From a virus, in IMG/VR virus record IMGVR_UViG_3300027668_002455, positions 1 through 64,000 of that record: a DNA stretch of 64,000 nucleotides, one strand, 5' to 3'. The notes beneath the pieces are model-generated. The model did not search any database. It was given only the letters and a program-made list of their open reading frames with translations, and was not told the origin of the DNA. The position numbers and the translations under genes are program-made. How positions within the stretch are numbered: position 1 is the stretch's first letter; each line of letters opens with the position of its first letter. Positions 8,341 to 18,207 of the stretch are shown piece by piece.

Positions 8341-8430
8341 TTGACAAGCAGGCCGCGCGGGGGGACCCCGTTGGATAGTACGTGTACGTACTATCTCAGA
8401 GGGTGGGCCCCGCCTCGGGCGATTTGTCAA
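8341..8430. repeat. Palindromic dispersed element, copy 5 (most complete)
   Basis: TTGACA at 8341, core 8374-8395, GGGTGGGCCCCGCC, TGTCAA at 8425-8430. Confidence 0.9.
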
Positions 8431-8525
8431 GCCTTTTTTTCAGAAAGTTTTCCCCAAGATGATAACAATGATACTCTTTATTTGGCGATAAGAGAATTAC
8501 AATTATAATTAATTATTTGAACAGA

Positions 8526-8600
8526 CATCATTCTTATTTGCATCATTCTTATTTACATTGATATCATTCTTATTTGTATAGTTCTTATTTGTCTTATTTG
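8526..8600 (+). repeat. Second (ATCAT)TCTTATTT direct-repeat cluster
   Basis: CTTATTT starts at 8533, 8548, 8569, 8584 and 8593 in AT-rich non-coding DNA. Confidence 0.85.
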
Positions 8601-8818
8601 ATAGAATTGGGAGAATTGGGGAAATGAAGATAACTATATTGTAATAAATAAGTTTCGCGTACCACCTTATATTATAATACGGAATAAGCTTCCTAACTTA
8701 ATGAGGTCAACTTACTTACTATATAATACACTTGTATTTAAAAATATCTAAAAAAATGGGCCACCGAGGGAGAAAGACAAATAACTCCTCGATGACCCAT
8801 TCGTTGGGTAGCCTACCT

Positions 8819-9781
8819 TTAACTTGTTAGCTTCTCGACTTTAGCAAGAGTTTCCTGACCGAGTGCAGTAATGCCGCGCCCCGCCGTGGTGATTTCCATA
8901 AGGCTCATCTTCTGAAGGTACATCTCGAAATCCTTCTGGACACAAGACTTGGTGAGTCCCGTCTTGGCGGCGAGGAAGGTGAGCGAGCAATCCTTCTTCT
9001 CCGTTAGGTGACGCAGAATTTGAATCTCAATTTCATTAAGACCCAATGGCATAATGGATAGCGCATTCTTGAACTCCTCCCAGTGTTTTTTGGTGAAGGT
9101 GTTTTTCCTCTTGGATGCCAAGAATGTACCAATCTTGGTCGCCATCTTCGCGGCCCCACGGGCGTTGCCACGCACAACGGTTGCCATCTCATCAAGCACA
9201 CCGTCAGCAAATGACTTACCCTCGCAATGGAGGGCGATGATTCTTGCCAACTGTGAGTAACTATAATCAGCAAGGTCGATGCGCTCTGTCCTGTCCATCA
9301 GTGCGTGGAAAACCTGTTGTGCCTCGGTAGTGGCAAACATAAAACTCTGACGACTGAAATCAAAGTCTAAAGTATATTCATCATAACTAAATGATGTACG
9401 ATTATCTTTGTTGGGGTTGAGGATAGTAAGCAACGCCATTGTCACATCCTTCGGGAACTCCGATGCTTCATCAAAAAGAATAGTATATTCTTCGTCACGC
9501 TTGGGCAAAAGAATTTGATTAACTAATTGCTTTACGTTTTTAATGGTAGAGCAGTTAACCTCATAATACTTCTTGTGCTTACCAAAGCGGTCAGACTCTC
9601 CCGATGCCATCATCTTCTTGGCGACTTCACGCGCCAGAGTGGTTTTACCCTGTCCCTTCCCAGCAATCCACATAAGGTGAGGCATCACGCCCGTAGCCTT
9701 ATGTCCATTGAGGAAGAAACTGGCTTTCTTTTTAGCGGCAGCTTGGCCGATAACAGTCTCGAATGTATCTTTGTCTTTCAT
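8819..9781 (-). CDS. ruvB: RuvB-like AAA+ ATPase
   Basis: FETVIGQ, Walker A GKGQGKTTLA, Walker B ILFDEA, ATT, L.DR, RGNAR, and a C-terminal winged helix with E.YL....GR. Confidence 0.8.
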   Translation of the reverse strand: MKDKDTFETVIGQAAAKKKASFFLNGHKATGVMPHLMWIAGKGQGKTTLAREVAKKMMASGESDRFGKHKKYYEVNCSTIKNVKQLVNQILLPKRDEEYTILFDEASEFPKDVTMALLTILNPNKDNRTSFSYDEYTLDFDFSRQSFMFATTEAQQVFHALMDRTERIDLADYSYSQLARIIALHCEGKSFADGVLDEMATVVRGNARGAAKMATKIGTFLASKRKNTFTKKHWEEFKNALSIMPLGLNEIEIQILRHLTEKKDCSLTFLAAKTGLTKSCVQKDFEMYLQKMSLMEITTAGRGITALGQETLAKVEKLTS

Positions 9782-9818
9782 CTTCTGTAAGTATATCTTA
9801 TGTTAATTTAAATGTCAA

Positions 9819-10085
9819 CTACCAATTTAACTCAACCTCTTCTTGTTTTACTTCTTTATCACTATCTAAATCAACCTCATTAGATTCAATGATATTAGTA
9901 TATGTTTCTATATGTTTGTTATTAGCTTCGGCTAGGATGGGACTACCCTCAAGGTTCAGTTGCTCGGCGTACTTACGGGATACCATAACAGTAGCACCCT
10001 CTTTAAGCACACGGTTCAACTCACCGAGAGTAACTCCGAGGAAGGAGCATCCCGCCGCACCAGCTTTGCGTCCGCGTTTAGCCAT
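9819..10085 (-). CDS. Hypothetical protein
   Basis: 88 aa ORF with KRGRK N-terminus. Confidence 0.7.
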   Translation of the reverse strand: MAKRGRKAGAAGCSFLGVTLGELNRVLKEGATVMVSRKYAEQLNLEGSPILAEANNKHIETYTNIIESNEVDLDSDKEVKQEEVELNW

Positions 10086-10236
10086 TGTGCTTCACCTCCA
10101 CGTCTACATCAAACGGAGTCATCTCCTCAACATAAGAGTTGGCGTGGGAGTATGCTATCTCCTCCGCTTGCTCCTTGTCGGGTGCTTCAATCTCGAACTC
10201 ATAATCTTCAACCTTCAATCTTACGGTGTACGTCAT
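10078..10236 (-). CDS. Small acidic hypothetical protein (start MTYTVRL)
   Basis: Promoter TTGACT-17-TATTAT (10271-10243) 6 nt upstream. Confidence 0.6.
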   Translation of the reverse strand: MTYTVRLKVEDYEFEIEAPDKEQAEEIAYSHANSYVEEMTPFDVDVEVKHNG

Positions 10237-10445
10237 ACCCCAATAATAAAATAGATTAAAATATAAGTCAAGCATTTTTTTAAAAAAATAAACCCCCCAT
10301 AATTATTACAATCATAGAGGGTATATAAAAGTAAGAAACAAGGTGTTCAAGAATGGCAATTGACAAGCCCGTGCGCAGTTCTCTTACGCCACTAGTCCTA
10401 TATTTCTTAATCTAATGTTAGCATTTATTAAACCAAATGTCAAAT

Positions 10446-10676
10446 TTATAATGACTCATCATTTGCATTTTCATACGCCCACTTCTCTGCGAGCCTAGCT
10501 ACTTCGTGAGCCATATCTTGTGCTGTGCGCCCGTCGTGGTCATTGATAATCTCTTTTTGCATACACTCTGGTTTCTTGTCAAACAGTGTGCGCCAAGCCT
10601 TCTCATAAAGTCGGGCCATCTCAAGCTGTTCTTCATTTATTCTTGGTTTCTTTTTAACTTTCTTTTTAGCTGTCAT
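10446..10676 (-). CDS. Hypothetical protein
   Basis: 76 aa ORF with an upstream sigma70-like promoter. Confidence 0.65.
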   Translation of the reverse strand: MTAKKKVKKKPRINEEQLEMARLYEKAWRTLFDKKPECMQKEIINDHDGRTAQDMAHEVARLAEKWAYENANDESL

Positions 10677-11502
10677 AGTATATATATTAGTTTAGTTTAG
10701 ATTAAAATCAAAGTCAATCATTTATATTTAAATTAATTTAAATTTGGGGCGCAAGTTAATCACAATCAAAAGATGTTAATGATAATCATAATCTTCCAAA
10801 CGTAATCCTTCGACGCATTATTTGGCTAAATAGCATTAGTCTATATTTACTAAAATATCATTAGTATTTCGGAAAATATCATTAGTAATTTGACCTCGGC
10901 CCCGCCATATTAAAATGAATTAAAATATATATATTAAAATGAATTTAAATATTCGCGGCACACGACCTTTAATCAAATTTATCTAAATCTCTCCACGCAA
11001 GCCACATAGTCACGCATATAAGCACACCCACGGGCGCACAGCACATCATAAAAGTTATTACATCCATACATAGTTATTTACACTATATATTTGTGTTGTT
11101 TTTATTTGTTTTTTATGTCTGAACCAGTTCCTTACCTTCATATATGATTGGGGGAATAGAGTATAGGGATAAGAATAAGAATATTTTTATTATTTTAAAT
11201 ATAAATTTCTTATACTACCCAAGAATAAAATCTAATTTAAATATAAGCTATATCCTTCCCTATATTTACCTCTATATCATTCATAATTCAAAACATAAAA
11301 AATGCCCCTAAAAAGGGGCATATTTCGTTAGTTTTCGTTAGTTTTTAGGGGCCGTCTGCTTCTCTATATTCGTGAATAAAGAGTAGAAAGCCGATAAAAA
11401 GGATGACTCCTGCTGATTCCATATAAGGTATTCTCTTTCATATATTTCAAGGACTGTTGTTATATATATTTAACCCATTCTAGCACATATCAAGACACTT
11501 CG

Positions 11503-11952
11503 CTACACCTTTCTGTTTTTGTGTTCTTTTTTCATATCTGCAATTTGATTATCATTCATCACCCATTGCTTAACAAAAGTGTCTACTCCGTTTTTCCCCA
11601 AAGTTAACTCCCCAACCATACTGTGTGAGTCATTAAATCCGTGATACCAAATTTGATAGTCAACCATCTGGTCGCTTGGATACTTCTCAAAATACTTTTT
11701 GTTATGGTCGTGGATGTTGTCGCAAGAGTTTTGAACATCGTGGAAGTGTCTCCCAGATAGGTCACAGTCGTCCACAATCGCGTTCTGAAGCATCTGTTCA
11801 TCATCCCAGTAGGTTGCTGTCACATAGTAGTATTCGATGTAAAAGCGAGCAGTTTCCTCCTCCTCCTTTTTCGGCTCCTTGTATTTACAGGTGACAGTCC
11901 AAGTGGCGGCAGCGGCAATCGGCGCGGCAGTTAAAAAAGTTCTACGATTCAT
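11503..11952 (-). CDS. Hypothetical protein with twin-arginine (Tat)-like signal
   Basis: MNRRTFLTAAPIAAAA N-terminus. Confidence 0.7.
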   Translation of the reverse strand: MNRRTFLTAAPIAAAATWTVTCKYKEPKKEEEETARFYIEYYYVTATYWDDEQMLQNAIVDDCDLSGRHFHDVQNSCDNIHDHNKKYFEKYPSDQMVDYQIWYHGFNDSHSMVGELTLGKNGVDTFVKQWVMNDNQIADMKKEHKNRKV

Positions 11953-12521
11953 AGTTTTTTAATTAATTAAAATTTATGCACCACAAAAGTCCTCTCCCCA
12001 CTCTTTAGGGTCGGGGTTTTTCTTGGCACTGGTGGGGAACTCATCGCACTCAAAGGGCAAGAAGTGGTAGTCGAATGGCTCCGCTTCTTCCGTGGAACAA
12101 CACCCTGCATATCCAATCAAGATTAATAAAATAATTAGTCTCATTTTATGCAAAGGGCATTTCCTCATTATAGTTCTCCACAAGCTCAAAGTCTACTTTA
12201 AAAGTATCCTCTACATAAGCACTGTTTGTGGGTAGTGAGTATTCGGGGCCAGAAGCCTTCTGGATTGCATCTTCAAGAGAGTCTGCCTCGACCTCTAGGA
12301 TGCCGTACATCTGCCAAGTGGCAGGGATTTTATATGTTTTCATAGTTTTCTAGTTTTAAATTTACGCTGGTTGAAGTAATTTCGGAGTAAATGTGCCATA
12401 GTCTACCCTCTCCGGTTTATCTGATGTCTCGCCGTCCATTATGTAAGACAACGAACAGACACTACTTCTTATGTTGATGCCAGCGTCCACCACTCGATAA
12501 GGTGAGTAGCATTTTGGCGTA

Positions 12522-13214
12522 TTAAAATGTATATTTGAACTCATCTAAATCTTCTTCCCACATCTTATGTACCATACTTTTTGTCTCCTCGCAATAGAAA
12601 TCTTTATAGGGGGCGTGTGGCGTTTGGTTTTCGTGCGGCAGCACGGGGTTAACTGCGTCTGGTATATGTGTCCCTTGTGCGAGGCGCGTAGCGCGAATCA
12701 CAGACGGGTGACTCACCTTTGTGAGCGGGATGTTGAAATCTGTTAAAAATGTTTTAAATTCTTCATTAATGTTTTCAAATCTTAAAACCCTATCCACTCC
12801 AATTTTATCATCCAGCATAAGGTAAGACTTTTGGGTGAAGGCGTGAAGAAAATCGGCATCATCTTTAGCCTCAAGCATAGCTCTACAAAAAGAACCAAAA
12901 GAATAATCTCCAATTAAATAAGCCGCAAACATCCACTCATTCTTCCGCGCAAAGCTATACATTGAAACTAAACGGTCATAAGGATTCCTTACGACTGCCA
13001 AGGAGGGAACATTAAGAATTTCCTCGCCAAGCTCTCTGATTGCCTCTGTGAGTAAACAGTGGGAGGGACAAAAGCAACCTTTGTATCTGGCTTTCTCCCT
13101 TTGAGAAAATTTAAATAGCTTTTCATCTCTAATGGTATTTGCGGTTCCTAGTGACTCGTAAACAGAGGTACTTGCGTTTTTTGGTATCCTCACGAATGTG
13201 GCGAGAGTGTTCAT
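12522..13214 (-). CDS. Sulfotransferase family 2-like protein
   Basis: FVRIPKNASTS, VRNPYDRLVSMY, RFENI and D...F.Y.F motifs. Confidence 0.8.
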   Translation of the reverse strand: MNTLATFVRIPKNASTSVYESLGTANTIRDEKLFKFSQREKARYKGCFCPSHCLLTEAIRELGEEILNVPSLAVVRNPYDRLVSMYSFARKNEWMFAAYLIGDYSFGSFCRAMLEAKDDADFLHAFTQKSYLMLDDKIGVDRVLRFENINEEFKTFLTDFNIPLTKVSHPSVIRATRLAQGTHIPDAVNPVLPHENQTPHAPYKDFYCEETKSMVHKMWEEDLDEFKYTF

Positions 13215-14356
13215 TAATAGTCTATGCCAGCTTGTTGTTGGTCTGGGTATTCACTACTGCCATCTTTTAATTCTGGTCGCTCACGTTCAATCATCTCCCG
13301 AATATCTAGGCATCGGTCAAAGCATTGGTCAAGCGTGTATTCTCGACTCTTAAAATCGGGGCATCTATCGTAGACTGCCATTAGTAATTCGTAGTTTCTC
13401 ACTTTTTAGCCTTTGTTTTCGGGGCGTCTCTTACTTTTTCGCGCCATTCGTGTTTTGGGCAATACTTCCATTTCCCTTTTACTAACTCTACTGCCTCTTT
13501 GTCGGAGACTTTTTGGATTTGTTTTCCCTTTTTAATACATTTCATTATATTTGCTTCCCTAAAGGTTTTGGTCAAGAGTGTTCTCTGCTTCGTAATCTGT
13601 TACTATATTTATGTCGTAGCCCCAATTTTCGAGGGTAAGTTCTAACCCGCCGTCCTCTGCAAAACCATCACTCTTGGTACGCTTAACCCAGTTACGCACG
13701 AACTCTTGTTCGTTTTCATAGTTATGGATAAAGTTAGGATACTTGTCTGCAAGGGCTTGCGGTTCGACTCTGATGGTTACTTTGAATGTTTTAGTTTTCA
13801 TTCTTTACCTCCAAGGCTTCGTTGATGATGTTGTGAATCTCATCCTGTAAGTCGAATGGATACCACTCGCTTTCAAGTTGGTCTGTCTTATCCCACGCGA
13901 GCTTTTCGATTAGGTGTTCCATAACTCTGATTGTGATGTCTCTTGTCTCATCGTTTGATGAGCCATTGTGCTTATCAACATTGCGAAACAATTCTTCTAT
14001 GCGGTAGTTCACATAATCATCTTCTGAATGATGCTCAAGCAGATTCACTATCTGACAGGCTTCTTTTAGTAATGCGTTTGTTTTCATAATTATTCTTCCA
14101 CTCCAATTAGTTCTTCTACTTCTCTGCCGTTCCATTTGTATTCGTCTTGGAACTCCTTCATCAACTTCTTACTGCTGAAGTTCACTTGCGCGTAATGAAT
14201 CGTTCCAGCGGTTCCATACAATGTATCAATGTCTTTGATTGCAACCATCGCGCCCCTACCATCGCGACACTTCAGGATGATGTGTGATGCGCCCTGCGGC
14301 GGGCGCGGCACTTTAATGCCGTTAATAATCTTATATGATTTTTTCTTAAAAGCCAT
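13214..14356 (-). other. Run of small hypothetical CDS (14090-14356, 13791-14087, 13559-13801, 13214-13402 and shorter)
   Basis: ORF track; abutting starts and stops. Confidence 0.6.
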
Positions 14357-14465
14357 AAAACAAAAAAAATTAAAAAATAAAAAAATATACCACTAAAGGT
14401 AAAGGGGGAAGTGCCAGTAACAACTCATCAACTAAAAGTCATTACCAGCACAACCCCCCTTGGCT

Positions 14466-15317
14466 CTAGTTATTCCCCAAGTTGTCGAGCATATCCCTTT
14501 TGGCTTGCTCGTACCCTTCGTTCCAACTAGAACTAGACTCGGACTCATCGGAATCTTCACCCCAATCACCCTCATCGTATTCTCCGTAGATACCATCATC
14601 TAACGGACGTTCAATGGATTCGTGAAGTGCTACTACCTTATACTTTGAAGTTCTTAACTTCTGGCAGTCAGAACAAAGCGGAACACTAACCACATCACTT
14701 GGGTCAATCTCCACTCGCATCAAGTGTCCTCCATTGTGCGCGTACCCCTTGGCGTATTCATAAGACCCAGCGTGAAAACCAGCGGAGCAACCCATATTAG
14801 AATCATCACACACACCATTGCGCGTCATTTCCAAAACCGCCCCAACGGAGTTATCAAACTTCCCAGTGTAATGGTCGGTGAAATCCTGCTTCACGCCTTT
14901 GTAAGCAATGAAGTTGCCGTCAGGTGTAATGGGCATATTCTTATGCTCCAAGAACGTGTAAAGCTCATTCACGGCGCGGCGGGATGGATTTGCCATCAAC
15001 TTACCGAGGAAGCGTACAAGTGGCTTAAAGGGTAAACCTTGCTGCATAAACGTAAGAATCTTATCCACCAGAAGGTTGTGGATAACCTCACCTTGGTAGA
15101 ACACCGCACCATCAGTGACGGTAATTTCTGCCTCTTGGTCGGCGTAATCTTCCACCGCCTTGGAAACATCAAACAGACCCTCAAGACGGTCATATTCTTC
15201 CTTGTTCAAGGCATCCACGGCTTGAGTCCAAGCTGGATGGTCGGATTGCATTGTCATTGCTTTGCCGTTTATCACAACGGCTAAACTGTTTTCGGTTAAG
15301 ATGTATGGTATCTTCAT
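14466..15317 (-). CDS. rIIB: rIIB-like protein
   Basis: FL..L..NPS....ELY.FL, ITPDG.FIAYK, V..D....CS.GFH.G...YA, V.IDP.DVVSVP and K.R...Y motifs; promoter at 15355-15327 supports the 15317 start. Confidence 0.85.
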   Translation of the reverse strand: MKIPYILTENSLAVVINGKAMTMQSDHPAWTQAVDALNKEEYDRLEGLFDVSKAVEDYADQEAEITVTDGAVFYQGEVIHNLLVDKILTFMQQGLPFKPLVRFLGKLMANPSRRAVNELYTFLEHKNMPITPDGNFIAYKGVKQDFTDHYTGKFDNSVGAVLEMTRNGVCDDSNMGCSAGFHAGSYEYAKGYAHNGGHLMRVEIDPSDVVSVPLCSDCQKLRTSKYKVVALHESIERPLDDGIYGEYDEGDWGEDSDESESSSSWNEGYEQAKRDMLDNLGNN

Positions 15318-15360
15318 AGTCCTTATAGTATAATAGGGTTTAAAAAGTAAGTCAACACTT

Positions 15361-15687
15361 TTATTCAGTTTCAAGTGCCTTTTTCACTCTGGTCACTACA
15401 TTGTGAACATCAAGCCAATTCAACTCTTCGCACAAGTCGCCATTTGAACACATCGTATCTCCCCAAGCTCCAGCTAGAGTAACCCTGCAAACCGATGCCC
15501 ATCTGGGGTTCCCCTTAATATGAATAACAACGTGAGGCTTCTGCTGTCTTACGTTTTGTATTCTTACAGTAGCCATTCCCGTTGGAAAATTTTCTGTTGT
15601 GGTGTGTTTGATTATATCTTCGCTATCAATCTTACCATCATCGGCAAGTGCTTTGGCGCGACTATTTGATTCCCATTTGATTTTCAT
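15361..15687 (-). CDS. Hypothetical protein
   Basis: 108 aa ORF. Confidence 0.65.
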   Translation of the reverse strand: MKIKWESNSRAKALADDGKIDSEDIIKHTTTENFPTGMATVRIQNVRQQKPHVVIHIKGNPRWASVCRVTLAGAWGDTMCSNGDLCEELNWLDVHNVVTRVKKALETE

Positions 15688-15701
15688 AATTATACTTTCG
15701 T

Positions 15702-16196
15702 TTAGAGGTTATAGAATTTATGGTTTTTTATCACTTTAATTGGCTTAATAGATACTTTGACAGGCTTGCCACTTCTTATGACTATTTTAAAGCTCCAAGA
15801 TGGATTCGTTGTTAATGTGCAGTAATGATTTGCACTACCTGTATGTTTCTGAACAAACTTATACCCCCTGCACAAGTAACGCGCTAATTCTCTAGCGTAT
15901 GGAGCCATATTAGACTCCCATAAGTCCCAGAGTTCTCTTTCTTTTTTAATCTTACCCTTGCCAGCGTTCCAAACACTGAACTGCCAAGGTTGGTGACACA
16001 CTTGGGCTACTGTCAGTTTTCGCTGCTCTGACCTTAATTGAATCACACACGCAACTGCATACATTCCCCTTTTGCCTTCACCTCGCGCTTCTCCAAGAAT
16101 CGTGAGGGCAACAATCCTTTCTTCGGGAGTCAATACTTCATCCGCTGCGGCGGTGCAAGTAGCCAAAATTAAAAGTGTATAAATAGTAGTTCTCAT
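15702..16196 (-). CDS. SleB-like cell wall hydrolase with signal peptide
   Basis: TI.GEARGEG..GM.AVA.VI..R, QFS.WN, ANHY and I.NHKFY motifs. Confidence 0.85.
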   Translation of the reverse strand: MRTTIYTLLILATCTAAADEVLTPEERIVALTILGEARGEGKRGMYAVACVIQLRSEQRKLTVAQVCHQPWQFSVWNAGKGKIKKERELWDLWESNMAPYARELARYLCRGYKFVQKHTGSANHYCTLTTNPSWSFKIVIRSGKPVKVSIKPIKVIKNHKFYNL

Positions 16197-16989
16197 TTTA
16201 AAATTAATTTAATTATTCTTGGAGTCAGAGTCCTTTTCTTCTTCCTTCTCTCTGGCTTCCTTCTCTTTAGATTCCTTCTCTTTAGCTTCTCTTGTCGGCC
16301 AATGGTTTACCGCTTCGTGCTTCTCGCACATCTCCTCCCACCAATCTGCCTTACTGCCCTTAACGGGATTGCCACTTTTCAAAGGCGGCACATAATTGGA
16401 GGAATTGTTACTGGCGCGTTGGCCCCTGTTATTACTATTGGACATAACAAAATTATCTCATAGTTTAAAAAGTAAGTCAACCCCTAAATATCCCATTCAT
16501 TTAACCCACACTCCAATGCCCATTCAATCGAGTATGTTTCCGGTGCGGATTTATGAAACTTTTCATAATTCCTCATAGCAACCCACATTACCTCTGCTTC
16601 AAGGTGACGCTCTCTGGCACGTTCAAGTGCGGCCTCTACGGCTCTTACCTCTTGTGATGCTGGCATTTTACTTTACCTCCGTTACTGTGCCGTCAGGCCC
16701 GATTTCCAATCCACGATGCCGCTCTAATTCTCTAACATCAGCGACCCAATCTTTCGGGCTTCTGTTTCTGTTGTGTTGGTCTACAAGCTCTTGCTCGTCT
16801 CGCCCCTGCCACTCTTGCTCAATAAACCTTACAACATCATCTTGAATATCAGCGACATAACCGTTACTCACCATCCTGTAAACTTCGTCTAGTATTTGTT
16901 TGTCAGTCATATTTTTTAATTAATTTAATTATTATTCCAATCTTACTCTGCCGCCCATCCCACAAAGGTATAGTAGCTCTTCTTGTTTT

Positions 16990-18171
16990 TTATTCGTAGT
17001 CTCTAATTGCAATCACATACGGAAACCTTGGCACTCCATCGGGCGTAAGGTTGAAGTATTTAACTGTCGCTTCTTTACCTATTAAGCTGTCTGCTTTTTC
17101 TAGCAGTTCTGTTAGGTATTCAAATGTGCCTTTGACGTTTGACTTAAAACCTCTGCCATCCTTGTTCTTAAATTTGAAATGCTTAATCGTTCCCTCCCGA
17201 TTACCATCACCCTCTTCGTACCCAAGAATAGTATATTCTTCGTCAACGAACTCTTTACGTTTAAGTAGCTTTGGTGAACGCTTGTTCTCGTAAGGCCCGT
17301 CAATCCTAACCATTTGCCCCTCATACCCCGCTTCTACATAATCTTCGTAGCAACGGTCTAATTGCTCTCTACCGTGGATTTCGGTAGTCGCTACAATAAC
17401 AAGAGGATGTTTTTCTAATCCTAAATTATCAAATTGAGCATCCAATATGGAAGTCCTATCTGAAAATAAATCCTTCTCTGAATAGACCCCATTACTCGAC
17501 GGTCTTGTATTGTGCTTACCTATTACTGGAGCATCATAAATGTGATATTGAATCATCTTCTTACTCTCTGCCAAATGTTCTTCGGTGAGATTCTGCTTAC
17601 GGACAAGGTGAATGATTTTGTTGAAATCATCTTTATACTTATGATTATATAATTCACCGTCAAGAGTAGCATTAGGATACTCCTCAAAGAGAGGCTTTAG
17701 TGCTTCGTGAATATGAGGCACGGCAGTAATCTTCTTGCCAGAACGAGTAAACAATCCCTCACGCATAGCAATACAACGTATGCCATCTAGCTTGGGTTGA
17801 GAGAAAATCGCTGGTGCTGTTGCGCTGCCGTTTAGAAAATTCATAACTGTGGCGTTACGGTTCTTGTTCTTGAAATCCTGTGCCAGCATAGGCTCATAGA
17901 ATCTTTTCTTGCTAATGTTCTCCACATTCAAGTGATAGCCACTTTCAAGTTTTTTGTCGTGCTTCGCTACCGCTTCCTTGATTGCCTGTTCTTCTCCAGT
18001 TGTTGCGTTTGCGCGACCAACATTTTTTGGCTTACAGGTTGTCCACTTGTTTTGAATCTTTTTCCCATCCTGTTGACCAGAGATGGTGCGGTATTTGTCG
18101 CCATCTACAACGATTTGCCAAGTTTGGACTTTTCCAACTGTGGTCTTTTTATATAACGTAGGTAATTTCAT
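16990..18171 (-). CDS. ATP-dependent DNA ligase
   Basis: PMLA, QPKLDGIR, LDGELY, YEG.MVR, LLKRK and G.PRFP motifs. Confidence 0.92.
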   Translation of the reverse strand: MKLPTLYKKTTVGKVQTWQIVVDGDKYRTISGQQDGKKIQNKWTTCKPKNVGRANATTGEEQAIKEAVAKHDKKLESGYHLNVENISKKRFYEPMLAQDFKNKNRNATVMNFLNGSATAPAIFSQPKLDGIRCIAMREGLFTRSGKKITAVPHIHEALKPLFEEYPNATLDGELYNHKYKDDFNKIIHLVRKQNLTEEHLAESKKMIQYHIYDAPVIGKHNTRPSSNGVYSEKDLFSDRTSILDAQFDNLGLEKHPLVIVATTEIHGREQLDRCYEDYVEAGYEGQMVRIDGPYENKRSPKLLKRKEFVDEEYTILGYEEGDGNREGTIKHFKFKNKDGRGFKSNVKGTFEYLTELLEKADSLIGKEATVKYFNLTPDGVPRFPYVIAIRDYE

Positions 18172-18207
18172 TATCTAATTCTCTCATACTTTAAAAAGTA
18201 TGTCAAG

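Noticed and set aside
1-8430. CRISPR array interpretation of the GTACGT repeats
   Set aside because: The tandem units have no unique spacers, the dispersed copies are 0.9-2.4 kb apart, and no cas genes are present.
15061-15085. Second DnaA-box-like inverted pair
   Set aside because: It lies inside the rIIB coding sequence and one box is mismatched; likely coincidental.
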